A stretch of DNA of 64,000 nt from NCBI GenBank assembly GCA_963714975.1, contig CAVQQD010000001.1, positions 160,001 through 224,000 of the forward strand, in the 5' to 3' direction. A program made the position numbers and the translations under genes. The notes beneath the pieces were generated by a model. The model had not been told where the DNA came from. It saw only the letters and a program-made list of their open reading frames with translations, and made no database searches. Positions 20,459 through 30,555 of the stretch are shown piece after piece. Every line of letters starts with the position of its first letter. Position 1 is the first letter of the stretch. The DNA comes from an uncultured Gammaproteobacteria bacterium (GTDB lineage Bacteria > Pseudomonadota > Gammaproteobacteria > JAURND01).

Positions 20459-20842
20459 CTAATTTATGCAACAACGCCGATCATAAATGGAATACCCTTC
20501 AACTTCATTATTTTTTTTAGATCGATAATGCTGTATGGAATACCCAGCAACCCCCATTAAGCACATAACATCAATGCCTATTCCCATAATGATTCCAACA
20601 TTTATACTCCCTATTTCTTTCAAAAAAATATTTGCTGCCGACTGATTGAAAAATGCTCCTGTATCATTGTTATGTAACCCATGAACAGAAGCGACTAACA
20701 AATAATTATTGCCAATGAAAAAACCAATTTTAGCCAGAGTTTTAAAATAAGATTTTGTGTTCGTAGGCGATATTTTTTGCTTAGGGAAACATTTGTAAAA
20801 ATGGTAATAAGGTGAAATATTATCAACGAAATCTTCCGACAA
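20459..20842 (-). CDS. Hypothetical membrane protein, possibly frameshifted at the 5' end
   Basis: ORF with hydrophobic segments; TTG start; no recognised motif. Confidence 0.4.
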   Translation of the reverse strand: MSEDFVDNISPYYHFYKCFPKQKISPTNTKSYFKTLAKIGFFIGNNYLLVASVHGLHNNDTGAFFNQSAANIFLKEIGSINVGIIMGIGIDVMCLMGVAGYSIQHYRSKKNNEVEGYSIYDRRCCIN

Positions 20843-20985
20843 AATTATAGGTTTAGTTCATGGCAAATGTGGTAAGGCATCGCACAGTGCTTGCTCCTCG
20901 GAAAAGATATGAAAAAGGGGCCATATTAATTTTTGTTTGACATTTTATTTCAATCCGTTTGAAATCAATTTTTTGATTCACAATT

Positions 20986-22002
20986 TTAGGAGACTTCATT
21001 AGAGCGTGAATGGTTGTCATTTTTGTTTAATTCTGCTTTAAAATCATTTTTGGCGATAACTCGACAGGGAATCTCATCTGCAATTGAAGCGTTTCGCAAA
21101 GCCTCGAAATCAGGAACTGTTATGACCTTATGTCTACTATTGCTCGTACCATAGAAGACTGCGAGTCCAATTAGTGTGATGATAAACAAAGAAAACACAC
21201 TGGCTACTGTAGCAAACGCCCAATCTATATTTTGCGTTTTTACGGCTACACTTGCTGGTACAACTGCTAAAAAATTGGCAGCCATAAGTATTAGGGGTAT
21301 TGAAAAATATTTGTGCTGATAGGCCTTTCTACCAGAAAGCAGTGGGGAAATATTAATATAATGCGTCCTTTTGGGCGCAGTAATTGCACAAAGAACTACG
21401 GATTTTTTATCTTTATATAATTCTTTATGAAGCTCTCCGGAAAAATTTTCTCCTTCACAAACAATAAGGGTTATTTTTAAAGATTTTTCTGGTAATTTCT
21501 GCATTTGGCGTAATTCCTTTATATTTTTTCTTATAGTAAGATCTTTAATTCTCTTCAGGATACTTGCAGGCATGGCAGCTGAAAAGTATGAAGTCTCTTT
21601 TCGTGTATAACCTCCTGTTTCACTAGCAATGTATCCAGGATCATTGGAAACGCCATGCCCAAAGATGACAACTTTATCTCCGCCCGTTACTCCCTCCATA
21701 ATTTTGTAGTTTTTCAAAGCACTGGGTTTTAGTTGACCCTGTCGATCAAAATCCTGGGGATCTGGAGTTAAAATGTGGATTTCATATTTTTCTTTCTTCG
21801 AAGCGAAGTTGCGTCGGGTCCAAAGATTGGTCTTGGACCCAGCATTATGACCCATAAAATTAAGAACAATAAGCTTGGTTTTTTTATTTTCTTCATTGGT
21901 TTTTTTGAAGAAAGAGGAGGGGTGTGCTCTAAGTTTTTCATCGTGAAGATGAGAGGGCCCCACTTGTGGATTAATTATTGCTTCAGTTGTTTCAGCAGTC
22001 AT
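20986..22002 (-). CDS. Effector-like protein with a possible caspase/C80-type His-Cys protease domain and two C-terminal TM helices
   Basis: KVVIFGHG ... KITLIVCEG spacing; upstream PmrA-like box. Confidence 0.55.
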   Translation of the reverse strand: MTAETTEAIINPQVGPSHLHDEKLRAHPSSFFKKTNEENKKTKLIVLNFMGHNAGSKTNLWTRRNFASKKEKYEIHILTPDPQDFDRQGQLKPSALKNYKIMEGVTGGDKVVIFGHGVSNDPGYIASETGGYTRKETSYFSAAMPASILKRIKDLTIRKNIKELRQMQKLPEKSLKITLIVCEGENFSGELHKELYKDKKSVVLCAITAPKRTHYINISPLLSGRKAYQHKYFSIPLILMAANFLAVVPASVAVKTQNIDWAFATVASVFSLFIITLIGLAVFYGTSNSRHKVITVPDFEALRNASIADEIPCRVIAKNDFKAELNKNDNHSRSNEVS

Positions 22003-22027
22003 GGTAACGGTGTCCTCATTTTACCTC

Positions 22028-22060
22028 ATTGAAACATAACATTCTTAAGTGAATATTAAT
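22028..22060 (-). promoter_or_regulatory. PmrA-like box with -10 element
   Basis: aTTAATATT-ca-CTTAAGAAT-N7-TTCAAT on the minus strand. Confidence 0.6.
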
Positions 22061-22088
22061 TACGGTGATATCAACGAGCCAATGTTTG

Positions 22089-22150
22089 TAGGGGACAAAA
22101 ATTATCCCCCCCTTTTTCAAAGGGGGAAATTATTTTTGTCCCCTACAGAG
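22089..22150. repeat. Hairpin repeat (family B/C)
   Basis: gtaggggacaaaaat...atttttgtcccctac; partial copies at 31551-31580 and 36094-36122. Confidence 0.75.
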
Positions 22151-22314
22151 GAACCAATTTTTCCGGAGTTTGAAGAATGGTGCTAAACATCTGTGCCATC
22201 ATTGAAATCTGCAAAGATGCGCCAAGCTTTTCACCTAAACCGTTTAAACAAATGGAAAAAGGTTGAAAAGGCGAACAGTATAACTCGGCGCTTCCTGTTC
22301 AAGATTCAGCAGGA

Positions 22315-22689
22315 TTAGTTTTTTACACACGTTACGGATCCATTATCAAACTGCACCTGCTGGCCTCCGAGATCTACAATGGTTTGACCTTCATAGTTAC
22401 CCGTTCCCATCAAATAACGAGCAGAAATAGCTATTCTTAAGCGTGAGGGCTCTTTGTGGTCCATCGCAACGAGCAATAAGTTGCCATTTTGGAAATTAAA
22501 CCCCGTCACATCACTTGCGAAAGGAAACTTAATTTTAGGGAGGATTTCAGATTGATTGGCAAGAAAAATGGTAATTGACGTAGTTTGTCGAGCCCCTTCT
22601 AGAGTACAAACGAGTGATTTTTTAACATTGCTGGCATTAACTGAGGTAATCAAAAAAAATGAGATTAGAACTAAAGCAAATTTTTTCAT
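22315..22689 (-). CDS. Hypothetical secreted protein
   Basis: Sec signal peptide MKKFALVLISFFLITSVNA, paired Cys, GGAG RBS. Confidence 0.7.
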   Translation of the reverse strand: MKKFALVLISFFLITSVNASNVKKSLVCTLEGARQTTSITIFLANQSEILPKIKFPFASDVTGFNFQNGNLLLVAMDHKEPSRLRIAISARYLMGTGNYEGQTIVDLGGQQVQFDNGSVTCVKN

Positions 22690-22772
22690 AAATTCTCCGG
22701 TCCGGTTAGTTGTTATAGGCTCTATTGTCGCCTGGGAGAGAAAAGTTTCAAAACGCTAAAAGCCATTTCAAA

Positions 22773-22829
22773 CCCCTCATCCGGCCTGCGGCCACCTTCT
22801 CCCACAGAAAAGCGCTGCGAGAGAAGGGA
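22773..22829. repeat. Family-A palindromic element
   Basis: cccctcatccggcctgcggccaccttctcccac. Confidence 0.85.
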
Positions 22830-22855
22830 CATGAGATGGCACAAGCCGAAGGGGT

Positions 22856-23025
22856 GACGCTCGAGCAATCTGCTGTGCTCGTGCTTTAGGGGGGGCCAGC
22901 CTTGAGGATTGCTCGCGACTAGGTATCAGGATGATAGCGGGATGGTACATGGATGTACCACGGAGCGAGAAATACTCAAGGCTGGCCCCCCCTAAAGCAC
23001 GAGCACAGCAGATTGCTCGAGCGTC
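22856..23025. repeat. Long palindrome with 51-bp perfect arms, downstream of trbI
   Basis: 22856-22906 is the reverse complement of 22975-23025; inner hairpin tggtacatggatgtacca. Confidence 0.92.
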
Positions 23026-23060
23026 AAAACCCCGCAGGCGCAGCCCTCGCGCACGCTCTA

Positions 23061-24131
23061 CTAGTTGTTATAAGGCCCTGGGAACACAATATCCTTAGTG
23101 ACCGTGATATTAAACTCATAGCCTGGGCGAATTTGCAAGGTTGGGGGAATATTAATATTTTTGTTCAGCAACGCAGTGCCAACGTCCGCGATATGGGTAC
23201 CTAGGTTTTGCGCCAACATCTGATTAATATTCGGAGGCTGATTATAGTCGCTAGGTTGTTGCGGTTGGGCCAGTTGGGCGCCGCTGCTTAAGATACTCAT
23301 CAAAATCACTGAACCAAAAATTTTACTATAGTGGTTGTTCACTTGGTCATTAAAACCAGCATAACCACTCAAATCAATACCGGGCATCCCTTCTAGATTA
23401 ATACTTTTGCCATTGGGAAATAAAATGCGTTTCCAAACGACTAGGACACGCTCTTGACCATGAACTATTTGAGCATCATATAACCCAATCAGCCGCGAAC
23501 CTTGCGGAATCAGTAGATATTTCCCGGTGGTGGAATCATAGACCGAAGTTTTAATTTGGCCGATAATTTGCCCGGGTAAATCAGAGTTAATTCCGGTGAG
23601 CAACAACGCGGGAAGAATGTTCCCAGCCTGGACTGTAAAAGGTTGAGCGTTTTGCAGGGTAGCCTGTAATCGATCCTCATTTTGATCAGCCTTAGCATTT
23701 AAAAAGGCTGTTTTGGGAGAAGAAGCTGAGACAAGAGGCTGCAATAGGTTTTCTGTTTTAAAGGGAGGAGCATTGCCACGATAAAATTCTTCACCAATTA
23801 ATTGCTTATTAGAAAAATTTGGGGCAGAAAATGTCGGCGTTGTAGTTGTAGGTTTTTCGTCTGCTACTGCTATCTCAGGTGGCGGCGGTGGTGCTGGAGT
23901 TGCCGGCTGAGGGGTTAGATTTTGATACCATTCAGTATCACTATGACTCGCTAATAGCTGTGCCGATTCAGTGCTAAAATTATCGCCCTGACGTTTTCGG
24001 GTGAGGGATGAGACTAGCACTGCAATAAAAATAATAACGACGCCCACGATACCGATCATGGCTAATTTTAGCAGCAAGGGACGCGTACGTACCGCATTGG
24101 GATAGACTTTTTTTGATAGCATTTTATGCAT
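23061..24131 (-). CDS. trbI: P-type T4SS TrbI/VirB10
   Basis: AG.ILPA.LLTGINSDLPG, LIPQGS.L.G.Y, GF.DQVNNH, IPPTL.IRPG. Confidence 0.93.
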   Translation of the reverse strand: MHKMLSKKVYPNAVRTRPLLLKLAMIGIVGVVIIFIAVLVSSLTRKRQGDNFSTESAQLLASHSDTEWYQNLTPQPATPAPPPPPEIAVADEKPTTTTPTFSAPNFSNKQLIGEEFYRGNAPPFKTENLLQPLVSASSPKTAFLNAKADQNEDRLQATLQNAQPFTVQAGNILPALLLTGINSDLPGQIIGQIKTSVYDSTTGKYLLIPQGSRLIGLYDAQIVHGQERVLVVWKRILFPNGKSINLEGMPGIDLSGYAGFNDQVNNHYSKIFGSVILMSILSSGAQLAQPQQPSDYNQPPNINQMLAQNLGTHIADVGTALLNKNINIPPTLQIRPGYEFNITVTKDIVFPGPYNN

Positions 24132-24137
24132 ATTTCG

Positions 24138-25040
24138 TTAGCTGTAGTGGTTATTAATGATTTTAACTTGAGTTTGCTTGCGCCCCACCCCCATGACTAA
24201 AACAGCCTGCTTAAAAATTCGATCGACAACAAAATAGTTTGCTTGGCTGCGATAATTCACTAAGTTGCGCTGGGAACTTTCCACCGTGAATAGCAACGGC
24301 ATATCACGATTTGCCATGTTGGCTGGAAATTCAATAAAGGTTTTTTTGCCATCATCAAAAATTCGCAGCGGTTTCCAGCTGGGGGTTGACCAACCCGAAC
24401 TCATACGATAATCAAAGTTGAGTTGATCAAGCTGGATCGTGGCCAAAGGCGTTAAATTTTCGCTAGTATTCCAGGTATTAATCATATCGTCAGGATACCA
24501 AAAACTTACATGGCGCATGGCGTCGTTACTTTCTTGCGAGACTAAGCCAAGTTTGTAAAGACGCCGATCGGTAGCAATCGTTAGTGTGGTGCTAATTTCA
24601 GGGTATAAGGGTTGTATTAATAAATGAGTTTGCTGCTTCTCTCCACTACCCGATAAGGTCGCCATATAGGTCCACTTACTGGGATCCCCACAATTCACTT
24701 GGCTAAAACGTTCCCCGGGTTCTAAAGAAATCACAGTTTGTGCATTGGGTTTGGTTTCAATGATGGGTTGCTGTCGTGGATTAAAAGCAATTTGCTCAAA
24801 TCCGTCGGTTACAATGCGCGGTGCTTTGCCAGTGGTAATAAATTGGCTGAAAGCACGTTCCAACTCCGGGTCATTGCCATAGCTCAATTGAAATGCCGCA
24901 TGATTAATTGAATTTTCTGTCAATTTAACTTTGTTGGCAACGAGTGCATTGGCTGCCATCAGCGGTTCAGGGGCAGTGGCAGTACACGCCGAAATACAAA
25001 TTGCGGCCGTCATTTGCAGCACCCTCATTTTATATAACAT
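24138..25040 (-). CDS. trbG: P-type T4SS TrbG/VirB9
   Basis: I.LEPGE, GD..W, TDRR.Y, W.P.R.FDDG.KT.I.F, LVNYR; start moved to MLYKM. Confidence 0.9.
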   Translation of the reverse strand: MLYKMRVLQMTAAICISACTATAPEPLMAANALVANKVKLTENSINHAAFQLSYGNDPELERAFSQFITTGKAPRIVTDGFEQIAFNPRQQPIIETKPNAQTVISLEPGERFSQVNCGDPSKWTYMATLSGSGEKQQTHLLIQPLYPEISTTLTIATDRRLYKLGLVSQESNDAMRHVSFWYPDDMINTWNTSENLTPLATIQLDQLNFDYRMSSGWSTPSWKPLRIFDDGKKTFIEFPANMANRDMPLLFTVESSQRNLVNYRSQANYFVVDRIFKQAVLVMGVGRKQTQVKIINNHYS

Positions 25041-25053
25041 AATTATCTCCTTT

Positions 25054-25704
25054 TTATTTTTTGATAGGAAGTTGCGCCCAAGATAGCGCAGTAATGTAAA
25101 TCCCGAATGGATTATCCTCGATAAATCGTTCATTAATTTTGCCAAAACGGAAACTTAAGTTAGCAATGTAGCGTTGGGTAGTATCACCCGTGTTCAATCC
25201 CTGCGTGCGCTCATCCCAAGTGACTTGCCAGGTATGTTCACTAATTGCTAAGGTGTTGATGATATTGATTTGCGTTGTATAGTTCGATGATAAATTGAAA
25301 GGATTATTTTCGTGGTAATAATCATGTAAAAATGCAATGGTTTTATCGGCCGAATACGCATAGACCTTATTAAGCAAGGTTTTTTGCGCTTGAGTATCGG
25401 CGATAATCGTACGCGCATTAATAATAAATTGGCTGAGCGCATAATTAACCAGCGCTTCAGGGTGCGGCAATTTATTGCTCACCGGCAAAATTTTCGTTGG
25501 CACCCCTTGACAGGTTTCAACTGCTAGCGGTTGAATGCGTGAGCTATGATTTAGACGAATAAGCTCTAAAAATAAGCCTAATGCTAATAACATACTCAAT
25601 AGAAAAGCGAGCTGCCAATTACGCACTGCCTTTGCCATATTCATATAACGATCATTCCACTCGTGTCGGCCGATAAAGGGATTTTCAGGTTGCTTTTCGT
25701 TCAT
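25054..25704 (-). CDS. trbF: P-type T4SS TrbF/VirB8
   Basis: NPF..R.EWNDRY, NW, TWQV.W.E, NPFGIYI...W. Confidence 0.92.
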   Translation of the reverse strand: MNEKQPENPFIGRHEWNDRYMNMAKAVRNWQLAFLLSMLLALGLFLELIRLNHSSRIQPLAVETCQGVPTKILPVSNKLPHPEALVNYALSQFIINARTIIADTQAQKTLLNKVYAYSADKTIAFLHDYYHENNPFNLSSNYTTQINIINTLAISEHTWQVTWDERTQGLNTGDTTQRYIANLSFRFGKINERFIEDNPFGIYITALSWAQLPIKK

Positions 25705-26563
25705 TAGAGTTTGCTCGCTTTTTTTGTTTCAAAGAATAAGCCGTTTTCAATACCCCGGTGGCGAAAGCCGGGACATTAGTTCCTAGGTTATCTTGCATAC
25801 CATCCGTGACTATTCTGGCTATTTGACCTGGTAAATTTCTGGCGAGTAGCCAAAAAAGTGCAACCGAAGCGATAACCCAAATATAGGCATCATAAGCTAG
25901 AATTTTGATCGGAATGGCAGCAGCAACGGTGGCAATAGTTTTAGACCCAGCCCCAACAACTAAGTAAATACCTAATAACTTGATGCATAGGCCTAATAAG
26001 GTCATTAAGGATTGGCGAGCAATTTGCGAAGTGGCGCCAAGTGCCGCAAAGCCAAGGAAAAAGGTGGATAGACTAATTAAAGCAGTCGCCATAATTAGCG
26101 TCAGTGCTAAATCTAGCGCGATGCTAATAAAGGCTAACACAATAAACAAATACACGATAAATCCCAGTAACAAGCCAAAGCCGGAGGTCAGTAAGCTGGA
26201 ATTTTGTAGCGGAATAAGAATTTTATTCGCAATCATAATGCCATTGGCAATTACCGAAGAAGGATCTATCGGAATGCCAGTTAATTTTTGTCCCATCACT
26301 TGAGTGGTGGTCAAAAGATTGAGCAGCCAATGGTGATTGACCATGATGGTGTAAAACAATAAGATCATGAAAAATTTCTTTAAAAAATCGGAAAGTCCTT
26401 CCACGACGTTATCTTTGTCGGTAGCGTACCAAAACCACAACCAACCCATGTTGATGACCAAAAGCGCGCCAAATAACCACTGCCCCCAGATCAATAATTG
26501 ATTCAAGTAGCTGCTGAATATTTTAATATAGGTTTGTGCAGCTGAAGTAAGTAATGTATCCAT
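25685..26563 (-). CDS. trbL: P-type T4SS TrbL/VirB6 (short)
   Basis: Polytopic membrane protein with DPS.V...G motif, between trbJ and trbF. Confidence 0.85.
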   Translation of the reverse strand: MDTLLTSAAQTYIKIFSSYLNQLLIWGQWLFGALLVINMGWLWFWYATDKDNVVEGLSDFLKKFFMILLFYTIMVNHHWLLNLLTTTQVMGQKLTGIPIDPSSVIANGIMIANKILIPLQNSSLLTSGFGLLLGFIVYLFIVLAFISIALDLALTLIMATALISLSTFFLGFAALGATSQIARQSLMTLLGLCIKLLGIYLVVGAGSKTIATVAAAIPIKILAYDAYIWVIASVALFWLLARNLPGQIARIVTDGMQDNLGTNVPAFATGVLKTAYSLKQKKRANSNERKAT

Positions 26564-26613
26564 TGTTGTATTCCTGATTATGTTAAGACCCCGTCATTGC
26601 GAGGAGCGACGGA

Positions 26614-27342
26614 CTATCTAAAATCGGGCAATTGCAATGCTTGTCCAGAATGACCAATTGCTGGCGCGGTGGTGCTACCCGCATTAATCACCTCACTTGC
26701 TTTGGCCTGGGTCGTCGCTTGTTGTTGCACTTGTGCTGCAAAATAAATACTTTGCGCATTGGTTTGCGCAATCACAGCTTGTCGTAATAATTGTAATTGT
26801 GATACTTGTTCGGAAGATATTTGTGCAGCAGATTGAATTGCTTGAGTTTGACCGCGCGCTGTTTGCACTTGTCGCTGCAGGAAATTCAACCGAGATTGTT
26901 CATTAGCAAAATTATTGGCATTGCTGCCAGCAGATTGCAAGATTCCATTGAAGGTATTTTGGGTTTTATTGACTAAATCTTTGTAATATTGACTATAGTC
27001 AGTAGTGCTTTTATAGCCCGGAAAATAGCGTTTAAATTCACTGTCTAAGTGACTGGCGTTATAAGCCAATCCATTGGATTGGGTAATGGTATGGCCTAGT
27101 TGATTAATCAACGTTTGCGCGTTACTCCACTGATACTGTGCGTTACCGAGTTGCTGTATCCCTTGATTAATTGCATTTAATTGCCGATGCAAAATATCGA
27201 TTTGCTCGACGATTTTTGCGGTTTGTGATACGACGTGACTGGCCACCACCGGGTCAAAGACTAAAGCACCTGCAGCATAAACCGTGTTAAATAGGCAAAT
27301 GAACCAGAGGGGTAACAATAAATACTTTAATGTTTTAAACAT
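26614..27342 (-). CDS. trbJ: P-type T4SS TrbJ/VirB5
   Basis: Signal peptide, VFDP, A.GQ.QAIQ...QI, QL..LR; start moved to MFKTL. Confidence 0.88.
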   Translation of the reverse strand: MFKTLKYLLLPLWFICLFNTVYAAGALVFDPVVASHVVSQTAKIVEQIDILHRQLNAINQGIQQLGNAQYQWSNAQTLINQLGHTITQSNGLAYNASHLDSEFKRYFPGYKSTTDYSQYYKDLVNKTQNTFNGILQSAGSNANNFANEQSRLNFLQRQVQTARGQTQAIQSAAQISSEQVSQLQLLRQAVIAQTNAQSIYFAAQVQQQATTQAKASEVINAGSTTAPAIGHSGQALQLPDFR

Positions 27343-29875
27343 AGAGATTCCTCGCCGCCTCCTGCGTCGTCCCGGCAGGGATGCCGGGATCCAGATTGCA
27401 GAGCTGCTGTAAGTGGTTACGTTGTTGCCAAATCTGTGCCCATTCCGCAAATCCATGCTCCATTAACCAGTGATAAATCCAAAATTCACCGTAAGTAGCT
27501 TTACAAGCAAGCAAAGCATTGCCCCCTTTTTGCGGAGATAGTCCGAGAAAACTTAGAGCCATTGATTGTTGGGAAATAAAGCCGAGTTCAATTAATCGAT
27601 TGCCCTGAGGCGTGACGATGTAGTAATGCTGTTTTGGTATGGCAATATGCTCAATGATATCCAGTTGTCGGTCATTGAATCCCATTTTGGTATAGAGATT
27701 TTTCGTTTCAGCTTCCATTTTCTGGTTGGGAAGATAAATCTTAGTCGGACAAGATTCCATAATGGCTGTGGTAAGTCGGGTTAATTGCTTGGTTTCAGGA
27801 TCGTAGAGATCAGAAAGTGATTGGGTTACAAATACCACACGAGCATTTTTTTTACGCATGGTTTTTAACCAATCGCGTAATTTAGCTGCAAAAATATCGT
27901 GGCCAATATACAACCAGGCCTCTTCTAGAATAATTAAAGTTGGGTTTGCGCCATTAGTTTGTTCAAGTTGCGATTCGATTTGATCAAAGATATACAGAAG
28001 TATTGGCAGGTAAATTTCTGCTTTTTGGGCCAATAACCAGCCCATTTCAAAGCTTTGTAAATAACTAGTTTTTAAATGATCTTTCTCAGCGTCTAATAAT
28101 TTCATACTGCCGTTCAAGGTATAATATTTAAGCGCTTGCCGCACCGCGATGTTTTGCACAGTGGAACAAAATAACGTCAGGGTGCGATGCTGTGGAAGAT
28201 TCATTGCCAAAACTTCAATCGCAGCGTGAATATCCGCGCGAATCGCGGTGGTGATAGATTCGCCTTGTAGCTGCACTAAATGTTCGATAAATTGTTCTGC
28301 GCGCATTTTCGTGCTATCAGAGGATAAATCAGCCAATGGACAAAAGGCCATACTTCTAACATCGCTAATGTCATAATGAATCCCTCCTAATGCGGTAGTA
28401 AATGCGCGGTGCGAGTAATCTTTGTCAAAAATATAAATGGTTGAATTTATATGACGTTGAAATTGCGCCAAAAGAAATTGGATAAAAAATGTTTTCCCCG
28501 CTCCTGTGGGGCCAATAATTAATAAATGCCCCACATCAGAAACATCGGTATGAAAGCGAAAAGGGGTTTTCCCGGTGGTTGCTGCATAAAAAGTTGGCGG
28601 AGATTGTGCCGGTAACAATGAGGCTGGGGATGAGAATGTATCTCCACTCCAAATGCTGTGCAAAGGCAGAGCATGAGCTAAATTCACAGAATCAATCAGC
28701 AGCCGTCGGAGATTGCAACTGCCGTGGCCTGGAATGCTACCTCGCCAAGCATCCATGGCATTGACGGTTTCGAGTTGACAGGTAAATCCTCGTTGTTCTA
28801 AATATTGCGATAGATTTTTGTGTGCTTGATCTAACGCCTCTATTTTCTCATGAATTAAAATAAGTGTACTAGTCCAAAACCCAAAACGCCGGGTGTGACT
28901 ACTATTCGCCATGGCTGCTTCTTGCGTTTCTTGACTCATTGCCAAAGCATCGTGATTTAAGCGCGGACTAGGATTGCCACTAATGGTTTCACTGATCAGA
29001 CCAAGTAACCCTTTAACTTTATTATTCCAGTTGCGTTCAATGCGTTTAATTTCTTGTTCTGTGGTAGCTTCGGATAAGGGGACAAATCGATTTGACCACC
29101 GATAAATAAACGGATAAGTGGTCATTTCTTCCAACATCCCTGGGATGGTTTCTTGATTTAAATAACCCAACAATGACAGCGCATAAATATATTTGCGACC
29201 AATTTGCGGTAAGTAGCCACCAATCATATCGTGCCTACCCAAAATGACATCGAGGTAACACGCTTGGGGTGGAGTAGCAATAGGTACCAACTCACCACTG
29301 ATACAGGTATGGAGAAAGCTCAATAGCTCAGCGCTGGTTAAAGCCTGTAATTGCAGCGCGGCGCTAAGCAAAGCAACACAGCGCTCCACCATCGTCTCGA
29401 ATAATTGCAACAAAGTGCATAAATTTTCGTGGCCGGCATTGACGGGTAAGCCTTCTACAAACCAATGGCGTGTGGTTTTAACCAAGGGTTTGGGGAATTT
29501 CCAAACAAAAGTTAAGAATTGCCAATTCTCAAAATGTTGTCCTTCTTGTTGATAAATTTTTCGTCGCTCGGCATCTATTAACCAAGCCACGCTGTTGGGG
29601 AAATGCCCTGGCTCAGGATAAGTAAGGCTAGGAATACGCAGCTCATCCACATGAATCATCCAACCGTCGTCTAAAAACAATAACATGCGATTAAAATTTT
29701 GGATTAAAGCATCAAGTTCAACGGGCGTGGCAGAATTAATATCTGGCCCGCGAAATCGGTAGGTGGTTAAATAAGCCCCGTCCTTATTTAAAATAATTCC
29801 CTCTTTAATGATGTGGGCAAAATTTAGCAAGTCTGATAAACCTGCTTCTCGATTAGCATATTCTTTGAACATCAA
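27335..29875 (-). CDS. trbE: P-type T4SS ATPase TrbE/VirB4
   Basis: G.ILNKDG, DVGH.LIIGPTGAGKT, FDKDYS, EEAW, W.KT.RKKN, ESCPTKIYLPN. Confidence 0.95.
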   Translation of the reverse strand: MMFKEYANREAGLSDLLNFAHIIKEGIILNKDGAYLTTYRFRGPDINSATPVELDALIQNFNRMLLFLDDGWMIHVDELRIPSLTYPEPGHFPNSVAWLIDAERRKIYQQEGQHFENWQFLTFVWKFPKPLVKTTRHWFVEGLPVNAGHENLCTLLQLFETMVERCVALLSAALQLQALTSAELLSFLHTCISGELVPIATPPQACYLDVILGRHDMIGGYLPQIGRKYIYALSLLGYLNQETIPGMLEEMTTYPFIYRWSNRFVPLSEATTEQEIKRIERNWNNKVKGLLGLISETISGNPSPRLNHDALAMSQETQEAAMANSSHTRRFGFWTSTLILIHEKIEALDQAHKNLSQYLEQRGFTCQLETVNAMDAWRGSIPGHGSCNLRRLLIDSVNLAHALPLHSIWSGDTFSSPASLLPAQSPPTFYAATTGKTPFRFHTDVSDVGHLLIIGPTGAGKTFFIQFLLAQFQRHINSTIYIFDKDYSHRAFTTALGGIHYDISDVRSMAFCPLADLSSDSTKMRAEQFIEHLVQLQGESITTAIRADIHAAIEVLAMNLPQHRTLTLFCSTVQNIAVRQALKYYTLNGSMKLLDAEKDHLKTSYLQSFEMGWLLAQKAEIYLPILLYIFDQIESQLEQTNGANPTLIILEEAWLYIGHDIFAAKLRDWLKTMRKKNARVVFVTQSLSDLYDPETKQLTRLTTAIMESCPTKIYLPNQKMEAETKNLYTKMGFNDRQLDIIEHIAIPKQHYYIVTPQGNRLIELGFISQQSMALSFLGLSPQKGGNALLACKATYGEFWIYHWLMEHGFAEWAQIWQQRNHLQQLCNLDPGIPAGTTQEAARNLYV

Positions 29876-30219
29876 ACCAATCCTTTTTGACCTTGATAAA
29901 CAGGCACACTGGGGGGATTCAATGCTGGAACGGCGGCATTGACCCCAGGCAGTGCGGCGTAAAATTGTTGATAACGGATGTGCCTTCGATATATTCCTAA
30001 CATTTGCGCATCAACTCGGGTAACCAACAAGCCAATACTATGCCCGAGCAGAAAAAGCATGAGCGCTAATAAATCCATTTTGGGCGAAAATTGCGCCGCG
30101 ACAGCAATGGGCGTGGTAATTCCTAGAATCAAGAAAAACAGTTGTCGCTCTACCCCCATGATTTTAAAAGGACGATTGAGGGATTGATAATAAAGACTCG
30201 GTGTGCCACGCATCGACAA
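29872..30219 (-). CDS. trbD: P-type T4SS TrbD/VirB3
   Basis: SLNRP...MGVER.L, D.QM..IY.RH..Y. Confidence 0.9.
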   Translation of the reverse strand: MSMRGTPSLYYQSLNRPFKIMGVERQLFFLILGITTPIAVAAQFSPKMDLLALMLFLLGHSIGLLVTRVDAQMLGIYRRHIRYQQFYAALPGVNAAVPALNPPSVPVYQGQKGLV

Positions 30220-30225
30220 TTACTC

Positions 30226-30555
30226 CTAAAAAGTTGCGCCACTGCCAAAAATAGCCGGGACTGCTGTCGCTCCCGATAAGGCAAGTGACATCCAAAATAA
30301 AATATTTAATAATTTCTTCATACCGTCCCCCCATTCACCAAATGCCAAGAGTAAGCACGTCGCAATCCAAATGACGATGGCAGCAATAGCAATCCAGGCA
30401 TAAAAATTATCTTGAAAACTTTGAATAGCGGAATTAAAAGGTAAATTACCTGCGGTTGCTGCTTGAGCAGGAATAAAAAATAAGAGAATCAGCAGGCTAA
30501 AAATTAACTGAAAATATTTCATTGGCATTGCTCCAAAAGTTGTGGATGGGTACAA
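30226..30555 (-). CDS. trbC: Pilin TrbC/VirB2
   Basis: Signal peptide, LPF, two hydrophobic segments, LAFGE. Confidence 0.85.
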   Translation of the reverse strand: MYPSTTFGAMPMKYFQLIFSLLILLFFIPAQAATAGNLPFNSAIQSFQDNFYAWIAIAAIVIWIATCLLLAFGEWGDGMKKLLNILFWMSLALSGATAVPAIFGSGATF

